This document shows positions 62,346 to 64,000 of a stretch of DNA of 64,000 nucleotides, piece after piece; position 1 is the first letter of the stretch; every line of letters begins with the position of its first letter. A program made the position numbers and the translations under genes. The stretch is from Heterodontus francisci (Eukaryota), in the NCBI RefSeq assembly GCF_036365525.1, contig NC_090412.1, positions 23,578,459 through 23,642,458 on the forward strand, read 5' to 3'. Under the pieces are notes generated by a model. The model was not told where the DNA came from and ran no database searches. It saw nothing but the letters and a program-made list of their open reading frames with translations.

Positions 62346-63654
62346 TCTGTACACGGTAAAGGAGGAATGGGGAAAAGAAAGGGATGCCATTGGGTTGGGA
62401 TTTCCAGCATTCATTGTGCCAACAAAAAACATCCATTAAATCCAAAGACCTATAGATCAAATAGGGGGCTTTCACTAGAGCAATGGCATCTGGGTAAGTC
62501 TACCTCCATAGCATTGCTTCTTTTCCAACATCAGAAAGTCCCCACCTGGTGACATCCAGACATCCTTGAGCAGGTCACTGCTTGGAATTGTTGCCCTCAA
62601 GCAAAGTTGGTCTGTACCTCAGCTTTGGCCGATAATTATTTATTGCTTGTTACCACTATCTATTGTGCTAGTCCTTCCAATTGGTTAAATTCTGTAAAGT
62701 CTTTGTTTAGCTACGATTAGTTATTCTCTGCTTTAGTGATATCACCAATCACATTGCACAAATGGTAATCAGTTGCATCCCATAATAACCCACATACTGT
62801 AAAAAATGAGCCGTTCCATTGATCAATCACGGACCCTCCCTCTGCCATACTCTCAGATCCAGGACAGGCTCAGTGATGACTTTATCAAGGTTGACAAGAT
62901 CCTGAGGGGTACAGATAAACTCTAATGATCAAAGGAACTGACTCAAGTTTAGACGAGGGAAGCTATACAGTTTCAGACAAGAATGTGTGAAACAGGCTGC
63001 CTCGGAATGTTTTGTGCTTTTGGAGAGGTCAGATGGATGACTGCCCTCTCATCAACTCAAGGCCTCTGTCATGGTATGTTGCGGCCCAGCCTCAAGCCTT
63101 GCATCTTGCAATGATCTCCTGACCAGATGAAGTCTCAGTCTCAACATCCTAGCCCCCCATCTGGGGTAACGCTGCTGCATTCTGTTTGAAGAGGGGTACA
63201 AACTAGCTCAAACCTTCCTGAGTAAGATTTCTGGTTACAATAATCAATTGTGAGGATAATGTAATTGAAATTACTGATGTATCCTCTCTATTTAGTCCAT
63301 AAATTAAGTCATATAGGGTATTTAAACCATGTTCTTAGCTAGACTGACAATCAAAGACTTGACCTCTGACCCTCCCCCCCCTTTATATGTCCAGGGACTG
63401 GCCAGTCAAACTGCCAATCAAATCAGCTGTGATTAGAAATTTATCCCATCCACACGGGCGATCAACCAAGCCCCTACTGATTGACAACATAACCATTCTC
63501 ACATATAATGTGTCAATGTATGCGAGAATAACTTTAATGAGCGTCCAAAGTCTCAAGCTGACATGGTGCGCAGAAAGTTTCTTTATCTGGGACTATGTCC
63601 TTGCGTGCCGAATTCGAATCTGCATTCCTAAAAGCTATGTGTCGTGAATTTACA

Positions 63655-64000
63655 TGGAATTTACAGCACATCAGGCCATTCGGCCCAATAGGTCTATGCC
63701 AGTGTTTATGCTCCACATCAGCCTCCTCCTGCAATACTTCATCCCACCCGATTACACATCCTTCTATTGCTTTCTCACCCATGAGCCTGTCTAGCTTCTC
63801 CTTAAATGCATCTTAGCTACTTGCCTCAACCACTCCCTGTGGTAGTGAGTTCCACATTCTCACCACTGTCTGGGTAAAGAAGTTTCTCCTGAATTCCCTA
63901 TTGGTTTTCTTAGTGACTGTCTCATATTTATGACCCTTAGTTTTGTTCCCACTTGGCGGGGGAGTCTGCCTTTCCTATGTCTACTCTATTAAACCCCTTC
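63655..64000 (-). mobile_element. CR1 3' fragment
   Basis: GAGTTCCACATTCTCACCACT.TCTGGGTAAAGAAGTTTCTCCTGAATTCC is the reverse of the FRRNFFTQ.VVRMWNSL-coding segment. Confidence 0.8.

Noticed and set aside
60685-64000. MAT1A exons 1-2
   Set aside because: No sequence encoding FTSESVGEGHP or DKICDQISDA was found; they are presumably outside the window.

Overview
Vertebrate genomic DNA, most likely a cartilaginous fish (shark), judged from the repeat families: CR1/HER1-type LINEs, HE1-type V-SINEs, SacSINE1-type DeuSINEs and Penelope-type tails. Two spliced genes lie on the minus strand. (1) Exons 3-9 of an S-adenosylmethionine synthase with MAT1A-type residues (60684->46573); exons 1-2 were not found and probably lie beyond the window end. 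(2) A complete six-exon gene (26520->15521, 669 nt CDS, 222 aa) that the ORF track shows only in fragments. It encodes a signal-peptide-bearing protein with 12 Cys and a sushi/CCP-like module, and has a compact HNF1 + C/EBP + TATA proximal promoter. The rest is a dense, often nested mosaic of LINEs (CR1, L2, RTE, a second CR1-group family), SINEs, solo LTRs, MITE-like elements, Penelope-like termini (one with an intact minimal hammerhead ribozyme core) and minisatellites. Repeat boundaries are approximate and family names come from recognition by eye, not from searches.
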